Made by a program: the position numbers and the translations under genes. This document shows, in pieces, positions 48,750-58,156 of a stretch of 64,000 nt of DNA (position 1 is the first letter of the stretch; each line of letters opens with the position of its first letter). The stretch lies in the NCBI RefSeq assembly GCF_051903065.1, contig NZ_CP178438.1; one strand, 5' to 3'. Source of the stretch: Escherichia coli. Lineage in GTDB: Bacteria; Pseudomonadota; Gammaproteobacteria; Enterobacterales; Enterobacteriaceae. Below the pieces are notes generated by a model, which saw nothing but the letters and a program-made list of their open reading frames with translations, was not told where the DNA came from and made no database searches.

Positions 48750-50224
48750 TTTGTCGCCTCATTGCGCGGGGCAGGAATAAATTCGCCGTCATCGGTAATT
48801 TTTCCGTCCAGATATCCCGTTTTGTAATTTACCCCGTAGCCATATCCCGAATGTTGTTCCTTCCAGATTAAGCGAACTTGTTTCGGATCAGCGGTGCGGT
48901 ATCGCCAGAGCTGCGCGCCATCAAAGCTGTAAACGTAGCGGTTATCGCGGGCATACCATCTGCGCAAAAAGGGATGGTCATTAAGATGGGCTTCGCGTTC
49001 ATCCGGAGAACGGTTATCCAGTAAGATCAGCGGTCCGTCAGATTCAAACACGTGTAAACCGGAATGGTATGGCCACCCTTCGGCACGCGTAAGTAAATAG
49101 CCGTGGCGTTTCCCGGCGTTGAAACGTTTGTTGATAATAAGATTGGGATCATCAAGTTTCACGATCTCCAGCTTGCGGTCACCAGACTCTGTTTCGATGA
49201 TGGTATAAAGCGAGTCCTGATACTGTGCGACAGCATCACTGATGGGGTGAAACTGTTCCGGATCGAGTCCGGGTAATTCTTCCTGTTTACAGTCAGGCCC
49301 CTGACGCCAGAACACTTTCTTTTCCAGCAGAGAAAAATCCAGACAGTGCTTTGTTAAATCTTCATCCCACGCCAGATTTTCCTTGTCGAGGACTTTACGC
49401 TGCAGCCCGTTTTTATCACGCCAGGTCAAGAGTGAGCCGGGCATCCAGCGCACGACGGAAAAAGTGTCCGGGTCGGCATCAAGCTGTTCGCCGTTGATCA
49501 GGATTTTGGTTCTTGTACGAGCCAGGGTATCCCAGGGGCCAAATGGCATAGCCACACAGGGATTAAACGCGGTAGAAAACTTTCCTCTTTGATCCCATGA
49601 CTTTTGTGCCAGCACACGGAAACTCTCGGGGTCAGCGAGGCGATGCCCATCGACATATAAGAAATTAGCGTCACGTAATATCAGCCCCAGTAAGTCAGGA
49701 TCCCAGGGAGGCCGGAATTCCACCTGATGCAGTGTTTTGATATCTACGCTATTTCCCCCGCCATTGTCATCGGTGCGCTTGCCTTCGAAATAGAGACTGT
49801 GTTTATCTGCGGCAAAATCACCCCATGCCTTGAACGAGGCGACATCGACGGGAGGTTTGTCTGGCGGGTTTTGCACAACTTCACCCGCGTAGAGGATATT
49901 GCGGCCATCGCTATGCCAGGAGTAATGAGGATACCAGGCTTGTGCGCCTTCATAGAGGTAGTCGGTTGTTAGATCAGTCAGAGGTGGTTCTTTATTCCAT
50001 TCATCTTGTGTTGTTGGGTCTATTAATAAATTGGGTAAACGGCGCAAACTCTTGTAATTCACGTCAGGTAGAGAAAGATTTGTTTCTTTATAAGGGCGCA
50101 GGTACACCACGCCTTTTCCCTGTTTCTGGTAAATATTATGTTCAGGTGCATCAAGCCGACATCCCCATGCCGACGATAAGAACAATGAACAAGCCAACAA
50201 ACAAACCACATTGCGATAGTGCAT
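48746..50224 (-). CDS. secreted DKNYY-like repeat protein, paralog A
   Basis: ORF 48746-50254 (GTG) trimmed to ATG at 50224 (MHYRNVVCLLACSLFLSSAWG signal peptide); motifs DKHSLYFEG, FLYVDGHRLADPESF, ILINGEQLDADPDTF, RDNRYVYSFDG; 4-nt ATGA overlap with paralog B. Confidence 0.7.
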   Translation of the reverse strand: MHYRNVVCLLACSLFLSSAWGCRLDAPEHNIYQKQGKGVVYLRPYKETNLSLPDVNYKSLRRLPNLLIDPTTQDEWNKEPPLTDLTTDYLYEGAQAWYPHYSWHSDGRNILYAGEVVQNPPDKPPVDVASFKAWGDFAADKHSLYFEGKRTDDNGGGNSVDIKTLHQVEFRPPWDPDLLGLILRDANFLYVDGHRLADPESFRVLAQKSWDQRGKFSTAFNPCVAMPFGPWDTLARTRTKILINGEQLDADPDTFSVVRWMPGSLLTWRDKNGLQRKVLDKENLAWDEDLTKHCLDFSLLEKKVFWRQGPDCKQEELPGLDPEQFHPISDAVAQYQDSLYTIIETESGDRKLEIVKLDDPNLIINKRFNAGKRHGYLLTRAEGWPYHSGLHVFESDGPLILLDNRSPDEREAHLNDHPFLRRWYARDNRYVYSFDGAQLWRYRTADPKQVRLIWKEQHSGYGYGVNYKTGYLDGKITDDGEFIPAPRNEATK

Positions 50225-50333
50225 AAAGCCATCCTGGCGCGAGGTGTTGATCACGATACTGCCAGCAGAACATAAATCCTCACACGTAAGCGTAATTCTC
50301 GCGGCAAATCGTCACTTTTCAGAATCCATAAAG
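50163..50333. repeat. direct repeat copy 1 (~171 bp): 5' end and upstream region of paralog A
   Basis: near-identical to 51245-51415 by eye (ccccatgccgacgataa...cacttttcaga..cataaag). Confidence 0.85.
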
Positions 50334-50590
50334 GTCATTGCTATTTTCTGATAGTTGCTGGGGTAAACGTGATGTTTTCATTCACGATATAAATACGAGG
50401 TACTGCGCCATGGTGTGACTGATCACGTTAAAATGTGCCGGGTTGACGCCGGGAAGGGGTTCAACATGCGACTCTGCCCCCGTTGCCTACTTTATTGTCT
50501 TTCGCGAGTTGTACCCATGTTCCACCACTGGTATCTAACATTCTCCACATTATTACGCTTTCTGCCGAATGTGATTTTTATAGAAATCTA

Positions 50591-51145
50591 TCAATTCATT
50601 TTCCCTGTGCCATAAATTTTATCCTTCACATCCTGCCGAACGCGGGTCTTGTACCCCCCGTTGTGAAGATCTTCATACGGAGAAAAAGAATCTTTACTCC
50701 ACCCCAGCAGCACTTTATCGCCAGGCATAAAATGCACATGCAGAAAATCTTCTCCCCATTCTCTTTTGGGGAGAGGTAACGTCATATTCCGTTTCTCCAG
50801 ACGCATTCCAGCATTATACTGTGTACGAGTAGTACTTAATGTCCAGATAACCTCTGCAGTATCCCCACTGACATCACCACAACAGGTTGTTGAACCTCCA
50901 CCATTTGCAAAAGCATTCGCGCCCGCCACGCCGTTAACACTGAATCCCAGTATCGGACGGTCAATTTCACTGTGGATTTCCAGAATCACTCCACCTCTTG
51001 GACCTCCCCATACTGCCTGCCCTATATTCCACAACACGACCAGTACTGGAACGACAATTAACGTCCGCCATACCCAGCGCCCCCAGCGGGCATAACCGCG
51101 CGTAAGCTTTTGGTCAAATTTTTCCAGTTGGGTAAATAGCCCCAT
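50591..51145 (-). CDS. membrane-anchored protein of unknown function
   Basis: 184-aa ORF, one N-terminal TM helix (WRTLIVVPVLVVLWNIGQAVW) then a Gly-rich soluble domain with a CC pair (GGGSTTCCGDVSGD); lies downstream of repeat copy 2. Confidence 0.6.
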   Translation of the reverse strand: MGLFTQLEKFDQKLTRGYARWGRWVWRTLIVVPVLVVLWNIGQAVWGGPRGGVILEIHSEIDRPILGFSVNGVAGANAFANGGGSTTCCGDVSGDTAEVIWTLSTTRTQYNAGMRLEKRNMTLPLPKREWGEDFLHVHFMPGDKVLLGWSKDSFSPYEDLHNGGYKTRVRQDVKDKIYGTGKMN

Positions 51146-51237
51146 CAGATTTTATTCCCTCTTATCACCAGGTTGGCAAAGTTGTATGTCACTAGCGACT
51201 AAGGTCAGACAACGAAATTGCATGGTGCGCCACTCTA

Positions 51238-51306
51238 TTAAAAGCCCCATGCCGACGATAAAAACAACGAACAAGCCAACAAACAAACCACATTGCGATA
51301 GTGCAT
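51238..51306 (-). pseudogene. 22-codon remnant of a DKNYY-paralog signal peptide
   Basis: minus-strand ATG at 51306 encodes MHYRNVVCLLACSLFLSSAWGF then TAA; first 21 residues identical to the paralog A N-terminus. Confidence 0.7.
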
Positions 51307-51415
51307 AAAGCCATCCTGGCGCGAGGTGTTGATCACGAAACTGCCAGCAGAACATAAATCCTCACGAGTAAGCGTTATACTCGCAGCATTTCCTCACTTT
51401 TCAGACTTCATAAAG
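51245..51415. repeat. direct repeat copy 2 (~171 bp)
   Basis: same orientation as copy 1, roughly 90 percent identical by eye. Confidence 0.85.
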
Positions 51416-51494
51416 AGTCGCTAAACGCTTGCTTTTACGCCTTCTCCTGCGATGATAGAAAGCAGAAAGCGATGAACTTTACAGGCAATCCATA

Positions 51495-51698
51495 ATGAAA
51501 AACGTGTTTAAGGCACTCACTGTATTACTTACTCTCTTCAGCCTGACGGGCTGCGGTCTGAAAGGTCCGCTCTATTTCCCGCCTGCAGATAAAAATGCAC
51601 CGCCGCCGACCAAACCGGTAGAGACGCAAACGCAATCCACGGTGCCGGATAAAAACGATCGCGCCACTGGCGATGGTCCATCCCAGGTGAATTACTAA
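51495..51698 (+). CDS. yifL: small lipoprotein YifL
   Basis: 67-aa ORF with lipobox LTGC (MKNVFKALTVLLTLFSLTGCGLKGPLYFPPADKN), immediately upstream of dapF. Confidence 0.85.
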   Translation: MKNVFKALTVLLTLFSLTGCGLKGPLYFPPADKNAPPPTKPVETQTQSTVPDKNDRATGDGPSQVNY

Positions 51699-51734
51699 AA
51701 GTCAGTTTCTGTACCCGCGTGATTGGAGTAAATG

Positions 51735-52559
51735 ATGCAGTTCTCGAAAATGCATGGCCTTGGCAACGATTTTATGGTCGTCGACGCGGTAACGCAGAAT
51801 GTCTTTTTTTCACCGGAGCTGATTCGTCGCCTGGCGGATCGGCACCTGGGGGTAGGGTTTGACCAGCTGCTGGTGGTTGAGCCGCCGTATGATCCTGAAC
51901 TGGATTTTCACTATCGCATTTTCAATGCTGATGGCAGTGAAGTGGCGCAGTGCGGCAACGGTGCGCGCTGCTTTGCCCGTTTTGTGCGCCTGAAAGGGCT
52001 GACCAATAAGCGCGATATCCGCGTCAGCACCGCCAACGGGCGGATGGTTCTGACCGTCACCGATGATGATCTGGTCCGCGTAAATATGGGCGAACCCAAC
52101 TTCGAACCTTCCGCTGTGCCGTTTCGCGCTAACAAAGCGGAAAAGACCTACATTATGCGCGCCGCCGAGCAGACAATCTTATGCGGCGTGGTGTCGATGG
52201 GAAATCCGCATTGCGTGATTCAGGTCGATGATGTCGATACCGCGGCGGTAGAAACGCTTGGTCCTGTTCTGGAAAGCCACGAGCGTTTTCCGGAGCGAGC
52301 CAATATCGGTTTTATGCAAGTGGTTAAGCGCGAGCATATTCGTTTACGCGTTTATGAGCGTGGGGCAGGAGAAACCCAGGCCTGCGGCAGCGGCGCGTGT
52401 GCGGCGGTTGCAGTAGGGATTCAGCAAGGTTTGCTGGCCGAAGAAGTACGCGTGGAACTCCCCGGCGGTCGTCTTGATATCGCCTGGAAAGGTCCGGGTC
52501 ACCCGTTATATATGACTGGCCCGGCGGTACATGTCTACGACGGATTTATTCATCTATGA
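51735..52559 (+). CDS. dapF: diaminopimelate epimerase
   Basis: ORF 51732-52559; [22 protein letters not shown]-terminus (274 aa). Confidence 0.93.
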
Positions 52560-53263
52560 AGCAACCAGGGGAAGAACTGCAGGAAACACTCACGGAGCTT
52601 GATGACCGGGCGGTTGTCGATTATCTGATTAAAAATCCTGAGTTTTTTATCCGCAATGCGCGCGCAGTAGAAGCGATACGTGTGCCGCATCCGGTACGCG
52701 GCACCGTTTCGTTGGTCGAGTGGCACATGGCCCGCGCACGTAATCATATTCATGTTCTGGAAGAGAACATGGCGCTGTTGATGGAACAGGCTATCGCCAA
52801 CGAAGGCCTGTTTTATCGCCTACTCTACCTGCAGCGCAGTCTCACCGCCGCCAGCAGTCTCGACGATATGCTGATGCGCTTTCACCGCTGGGCGCGCGAT
52901 CTCGGCCTGGCAGGTGCGAGTCTGCGCCTGTTTCCAGATCGCTGGCGCTTAGGTGCGCCGTCGAACCACACTCATCTGGCATTAAGCCGTCAGTCTTTCG
53001 AACCGCTGCGTATTCAGCGTTTGGGGCAGGAACAGCACTATCTTGGGCCGCTTAACGGACCGGAGCTGCTGGTGGTGCTACCGGAAGCGAAAGCGGTGGG
53101 ATCGGTGGCGATGTCGATGCTGGGGAGCGATGCTGATTTGGGTGTCGTGCTGTTTACCAGTCGCGATGCCAGTCACTATCAACAAGGGCAGGGAACGCAG
53201 TTACTTCATGAAATTGCGCTGATGTTGCCGGAGCTTCTGGAGCGTTGGATTGAACGCGTATGA
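52556..53263 (+). CDS. yigA: DUF484-family protein YigA
   Basis: 235-aa ORF overlapping dapF stop and xerC start. Confidence 0.88.
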
Positions 53264-54156
53264 CCGATTTACACACCGATGTAGAACGCTACCTACGTTA
53301 TCTGAGCGTGGAGCGTCAGCTTAGCCCGATAACCCTACTTAACTACCAGCGTCAGCTTGAGGCGATCATCAATTTTGCCAGCGAAAACGGCCTGCAAAGC
53401 TGGCAACAATGCGATGCAGCGATGGTACGCAATTTTGCTGTACGCAGTCGCCGTAAAGGGCTGGGAGCAGCAAGCCTCGCGTTACGGCTTTCTGCGCTAC
53501 GTAGCTTTTTTGACTGGCTGGTCAGCCAGAACGAACTCAAAGCTAACCCGGCGAAAGGTGTTTCGGCACCGAAAGCGCCGCGTCATCTGCCGAAAAACAT
53601 CGACGTCGACGATATGAATCGGCTGCTGGATATTGATATCAACGATCCCCTCGCTGTACGCGACCGTGCAATGCTGGAAGTGATGTACGGCGCGGGTCTG
53701 CGTCTTTCCGAGCTGGTGGGGCTGGATATCAAACACCTCGACCTGGAGTCTGGTGAAGTGTGGGTAATGGGGAAAGGCAGCAAAGAGCGCCGCCTGCCGA
53801 TTGGTCGCAACGCTGTGGCGTGGATTGAGCACTGGCTTGATTTGCGCGACCTGTTTGGTAGCGAAGACGACGCGCTTTTTCTGTCGAAACTGGGCAAGCG
53901 TATCTCCGCGCGTAATGTGCAGAAACGCTTTGCCGAATGGGGCATAAAACAAGGGCTGAATAATCACGTTCACCCGCATAAATTACGTCACTCGTTCGCT
54001 ACGCATATGCTGGAGTCGAGCGGCGATCTTCGTGGTGTGCAGGAGCTGCTGGGTCATGCCAACCTCTCCACCACGCAAATCTATACTCATCTTGATTTTC
54101 AACACCTTGCCTCGGTGTACGATGCGGCGCATCCACGCGCCAAACGGGGGAAATAA
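53260..54156 (+). CDS. xerC: tyrosine site-specific recombinase XerC
   Basis: 298-aa ORF with the conserved R...HxxR...Y catalytic region ([12 protein letters not shown]...TQIYTH). Confidence 0.93.
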
Positions 54157-54872
54157 TGCGTTTTTACCGGCCTTTGGGGCGCATCTCGGCGCTCACCTTT
54201 GACCTGGATGATACCCTTTACGATAACCGTCCGGTGATTTTGCGCACCGAGCGAGAGGCGCTTACCTTTGTGCAAAATTATCATCCGGCGCTGCGCAGCT
54301 TCCAGAATGAAGATCTGCAACGCCTGCGCCAGGCGGTACGGGAAGCGGAACCCGAGATTTATCACGACGTGACGCGTTGGCGTTTTCGTTCGATTGAACA
54401 AGCGATGCTCGACGCCGGGCTGAGTGCCGAAGAAGCCAGTGCAGGCGCACACGCAGCAATGATTAACTTTGCCAAATGGCGCAGCCGAATCGACGTCCCG
54501 CAGCAAACTCACGACACCTTAAAACAGCTGGCGAAGAAATGGCCGCTGGTGGCGATCACCAACGGTAACGCCCAGCCGGAACTGTTTGGTTTGGGGGATT
54601 ATTTTGAGTTTGTGCTGCGCGCTGGCCCGCACGGGCGCTCAAAACCGTTCAGCGATATGTACTTTTTGGCTGCGGAAAAACTCAACGTGCCGATCGGCGA
54701 GATCTTACATGTTGGGGACGATCTCACCACTGACGTGGGTGGGGCAATTCGCAGCGGAATGCAGGCCTGTTGGATCAGACCGGAAAATGGCGATCTGATG
54801 CAAACCTGGGACAGCCGTTTACTGCCGCATCTGGAAATTTCCCGGTTGGCATCTCTGACCTCGCTGATATAA
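54156..54872 (+). CDS. yigB: HAD-family phosphatase YigB
   Basis: 238-aa ORF with HAD motif I ([10 protein letters not shown]). Confidence 0.9.
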
Positions 54873-54891
54873 TCAGCAAATCTGTATATAT

Positions 54892-54907
54892 ACCCAGCTT
54901 TTTGGCG
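54892..54907. promoter_or_regulatory. LexA (SOS) box upstream of uvrD
   Basis: CTGTATATATACCCAG matches the CTGT-N8-ACAG class, about 50 bp upstream of the uvrD start. Confidence 0.75.
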
Positions 54908-54955
54908 GAGGGCGTTGCGCTTCTCCGCCCAACCTATTTTTACGCGGCGGTGCCA

Positions 54956-57118
54956 ATGGACGTTTCTTACCTGCTCGACAGCCTTAATGACAAACAGCGC
55001 GAAGCGGTGGCCGCGCCACGCAGCAACCTTCTGGTGCTGGCGGGCGCGGGCAGTGGTAAGACGCGCGTACTGGTGCATCGTATCGCCTGGCTGATGAGCG
55101 TGGAAAACTGCTCGCCATACTCGATTATGGCGGTGACGTTTACCAACAAAGCGGCGGCGGAGATGCGTCATCGTATCGGGCAACTGATGGGCACCAGCCA
55201 GGGCGGCATGTGGGTCGGCACCTTCCACGGGCTGGCGCACCGCCTGCTGCGTGCGCACCATATGGACGCCAATCTGCCGCAGGATTTCCAGATCCTAGAC
55301 AGTGAAGACCAGCTACGCCTGCTTAAGCGTCTGATCAAAGCCATGAACCTCGACGAGAAGCAGTGGCCGCCGCGCCAGGCAATGTGGTACATCAACAGCC
55401 AGAAAGATGAAGGCCTGCGTCCGCATCATATTCAAAGCTACGGTAATCCGGTGGAGCAGACCTGGCAGAAGGTGTATCAGGCGTATCAGGAAGCGTGTGA
55501 CCGCGCGGGCCTGGTGGACTTCGCCGAGCTGCTGCTGCGCGCTCACGAGTTGTGGCTTAACAAGCCGCATATCCTGCAACACTACCGCGAACGTTTTACC
55601 AATATCCTGGTGGACGAATTCCAGGATACCAACAACATTCAGTACGCGTGGATCCGCCTGCTGGCGGGCGACACCGGCAAAGTGATGATCGTCGGTGATG
55701 ACGACCAGTCAATCTACGGCTGGCGCGGGGCGCAGGTGGAGAATATTCAGCGTTTCCTCAATGATTTCCCCGGTGCCGAAACTATCCGTCTGGAGCAGAA
55801 CTATCGTTCTACCAGTAACATTCTGAGCGCCGCGAACGCCCTGATTGAAAACAACAACGGGCGTCTGGGTAAAAAACTGTGGACCGATGGCGCGGACGGT
55901 GAGCCTATTTCCCTCTATTGCGCTTTTAACGAACTCGATGAAGCGCGTTTTGTGGTTAACCGCATCAAAACCTGGCAGGACAACGGTGGGGCGCTCGCCG
56001 AGTGCGCCATTCTCTACCGCAGCAACGCCCAGTCGCGTGTACTGGAAGAAGCACTGTTGCAGGCAAGTATGCCGTACCGTATTTACGGCGGGATGCGATT
56101 CTTCGAACGCCAGGAAATCAAAGATGCGCTCTCGTATCTGCGCCTGATTGCCAACCGCAACGACGACGCGGCCTTTGAGCGTGTGGTGAATACGCCAACG
56201 CGGGGTATTGGTGACCGGACGCTGGACGTGGTACGTCAGACATCGCGCGATCGCCAGTTAACACTCTGGCAGGCATGTCGTGAGCTGTTGCAGGAAAAAG
56301 CGCTCGCCGGGCGAGCTGCCAGCGCCTTGCAGCGATTTATGGAATTAATCGACGCCTTAACGCAAGAAACTGCCGATATGCCGCTGCATGTACAGACTGA
56401 CCGGGTAATTAAAGACTCCGGCCTGCGCACCATGTACGAGCAGGAGAAGGGCGAAAAAGGCCAGACGCGTATCGAAAACTTAGAGGAACTGGTGACGGCA
56501 ACGCGCCAGTTCAGCTACAACGAAGAAGATGAAGATTTAATGCCGCTGCAGGCGTTCCTCTCCCATGCGGCACTGGAAGCGGGCGAGGGGCAGGCGGATA
56601 CCTGGCAGGACGCGGTGCAGTTGATGACGCTACACTCGGCGAAAGGGCTGGAGTTCCCGCAGGTGTTTATCGTCGGTATGGAAGAGGGCATGTTCCCAAG
56701 CCAGATGTCGCTGGATGAAGGCGGTCGTCTGGAAGAAGAACGCCGTCTGGCCTACGTTGGCGTAACCCGTGCGATGCAGAAACTGACGCTGACCTACGCG
56801 GAAACTCGCCGTCTGTATGGCAAAGAGGTTTACCATCGCCCGTCGCGCTTTATCGGCGAGCTGCCGGAAGAGTGTGTGGAAGAGGTGCGCCTGCGCGCCA
56901 CGGTAAGCCGCCCGGTCAGCCATCAGCGTATGGGTACGCCGATGGTCGAGAACGACAGCGGCTACAAGCTCGGCCAGCGTGTACGCCACGCTAAGTTTGG
57001 TGAAGGCACTATCGTCAATATGGAAGGCAGCGGCGAGCATAGCCGTTTGCAGGTGGCATTCCAGGGCCAGGGTATTAAATGGCTGGTGGCGGCTTACGCC
57101 CGGCTGGAGACGGTATAA
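54956..57118 (+). CDS. uvrD: DNA helicase II
   Basis: ORF 54770-57118 trimmed to [38 protein letters not shown] (720 aa). Confidence 0.93.
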   Translation: MDVSYLLDSLNDKQREAVAAPRSNLLVLAGAGSGKTRVLVHRIAWLMSVENCSPYSIMAVTFTNKAAAEMRHRIGQLMGTSQGGMWVGTFHGLAHRLLRAHHMDANLPQDFQILDSEDQLRLLKRLIKAMNLDEKQWPPRQAMWYINSQKDEGLRPHHIQSYGNPVEQTWQKVYQAYQEACDRAGLVDFAELLLRAHELWLNKPHILQHYRERFTNILVDEFQDTNNIQYAWIRLLAGDTGKVMIVGDDDQSIYGWRGAQVENIQRFLNDFPGAETIRLEQNYRSTSNILSAANALIENNNGRLGKKLWTDGADGEPISLYCAFNELDEARFVVNRIKTWQDNGGALAECAILYRSNAQSRVLEEALLQASMPYRIYGGMRFFERQEIKDALSYLRLIANRNDDAAFERVVNTPTRGIGDRTLDVVRQTSRDRQLTLWQACRELLQEKALAGRAASALQRFMELIDALTQETADMPLHVQTDRVIKDSGLRTMYEQEKGEKGQTRIENLEELVTATRQFSYNEEDEDLMPLQAFLSHAALEAGEGQADTWQDAVQLMTLHSAKGLEFPQVFIVGMEEGMFPSQMSLDEGGRLEEERRLAYVGVTRAMQKLTLTYAETRRLYGKEVYHRPSRFIGELPEECVEEVRLRATVSRPVSHQRMGTPMVENDSGYKLGQRVRHAKFGEGTIVNMEGSGEHSRLQVAFQGQGIKWLVAAYARLETV

Positions 57119-57131
57119 TTTACGATCACGG

Positions 57132-57163
57132 TGCCGGATGCGGTGCGCCACACCGCATCCGGC
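57132..57163. repeat. REP-like palindrome / bidirectional terminator
   Basis: tgccggatgcggtgcgccacaccgcatccggca between convergent uvrD and the DUF62 gene. Confidence 0.7.
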
Positions 57164-57172
57164 ATCAGCACC

Positions 57173-58090
57173 TTACTTAGCGCACTTCTTCACATCAATA
57201 TTCCAGTTAGCACCAGACGCAACCTGATGTTTCTGCGCGAAATTATCCATATTCAGCGCCACGGAAACATTCAATAAGCTGTTCAGATACACCATCGGCT
57301 GACCTTCCGGCACATCGCCGAAGCTTGCGACATACGGCATTTTCCCTTCGTATTTTTGCTGGGAACCTTCGGAAATGGTTACACACAACGTGTCGTTGAG
57401 TTTGATTCCTGCCTGATTCAGCAACTCGTCGCTGATATTGCTCCAGACGTTGCCGTACTGAATATCGAGAATCGGGATATTGCCCTTCACTTCACCTTTT
57501 GTTGCTTTGGCTTTCTGATAAGAAAGTTCGACAACTTTTGCCGGAAGCTCTGGCCCCACCTGTTCGAACGTGATCGCTCCGGAAGCCAGGCGTGCACCGG
57601 TGTAGGCATACACGTCACGACCGTGGAAGGTATATGACTTTTCGGAACCTTTCAGGCGGTTGGTTTTTTCATCGATTTGCCGGACGCTCTCAATACCCAG
57701 CGATTCCGCCACCAAAGTGAGCGTACCGTTATCCGGTGAAACGAAGTATTGACCGTTTTTGGTTTTCAGCACTACCGATTTACGGTCTGTACCTACACCT
57801 GGATCGACCACGCTAACAAACACCGAACCTTGTGGCCAATAACTGGCGGTCTGATACAGGCGGTAAGCGCCTTCCCAGATGTTATACGGTGGAATTTCGT
57901 GTGTTAAATCAAAGATTTTAAGATTATGGTCAACACCGAATGCGACCCCTTTCATCGCCGAGACGGCACCATCTTTCAGGCTAAAATCAGTTTGTAAAAT
58001 CAAAGCGTTATCCGCATAAGCGGATGATGATCCCAGACACGTTAATAAAAATAACGTTGCGAGCGTTTTTTCATTTTTGTTTCCCTTCAT
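57173..58090 (-). CDS. exported DUF62 / SAM hydroxide adenosyltransferase-family protein
   Basis: 305-aa ORF; signal peptide MKGNKNEKTLATLFLLTCLGSSSAYA; family motifs LILQTDFSLKDGAVSAMKGV, VSVVDPGVGTDRKSVV, YFVSPDNGTL, ILDIQYGNVWSNI. Confidence 0.75.
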   Translation of the reverse strand: MKGNKNEKTLATLFLLTCLGSSSAYADNALILQTDFSLKDGAVSAMKGVAFGVDHNLKIFDLTHEIPPYNIWEGAYRLYQTASYWPQGSVFVSVVDPGVGTDRKSVVLKTKNGQYFVSPDNGTLTLVAESLGIESVRQIDEKTNRLKGSEKSYTFHGRDVYAYTGARLASGAITFEQVGPELPAKVVELSYQKAKATKGEVKGNIPILDIQYGNVWSNISDELLNQAGIKLNDTLCVTISEGSQQKYEGKMPYVASFGDVPEGQPMVYLNSLLNVSVALNMDNFAQKHQVASGANWNIDVKKCAK

Positions 58091-58156
58091 TTATCTGATG
58101 ATTTTCCAGCGGTGTAGCCAGCCCCAGTTTGTCTGGCCTCCTCGAGTGTACAATGC

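Noticed and set aside
51152-51355. 67-aa minus-strand ORF in repeat copy 2
   Set aside because: It is out of frame with the conserved signal-peptide reading frame; the biologically meaningful reading is the 22-codon remnant at 51238-51306.
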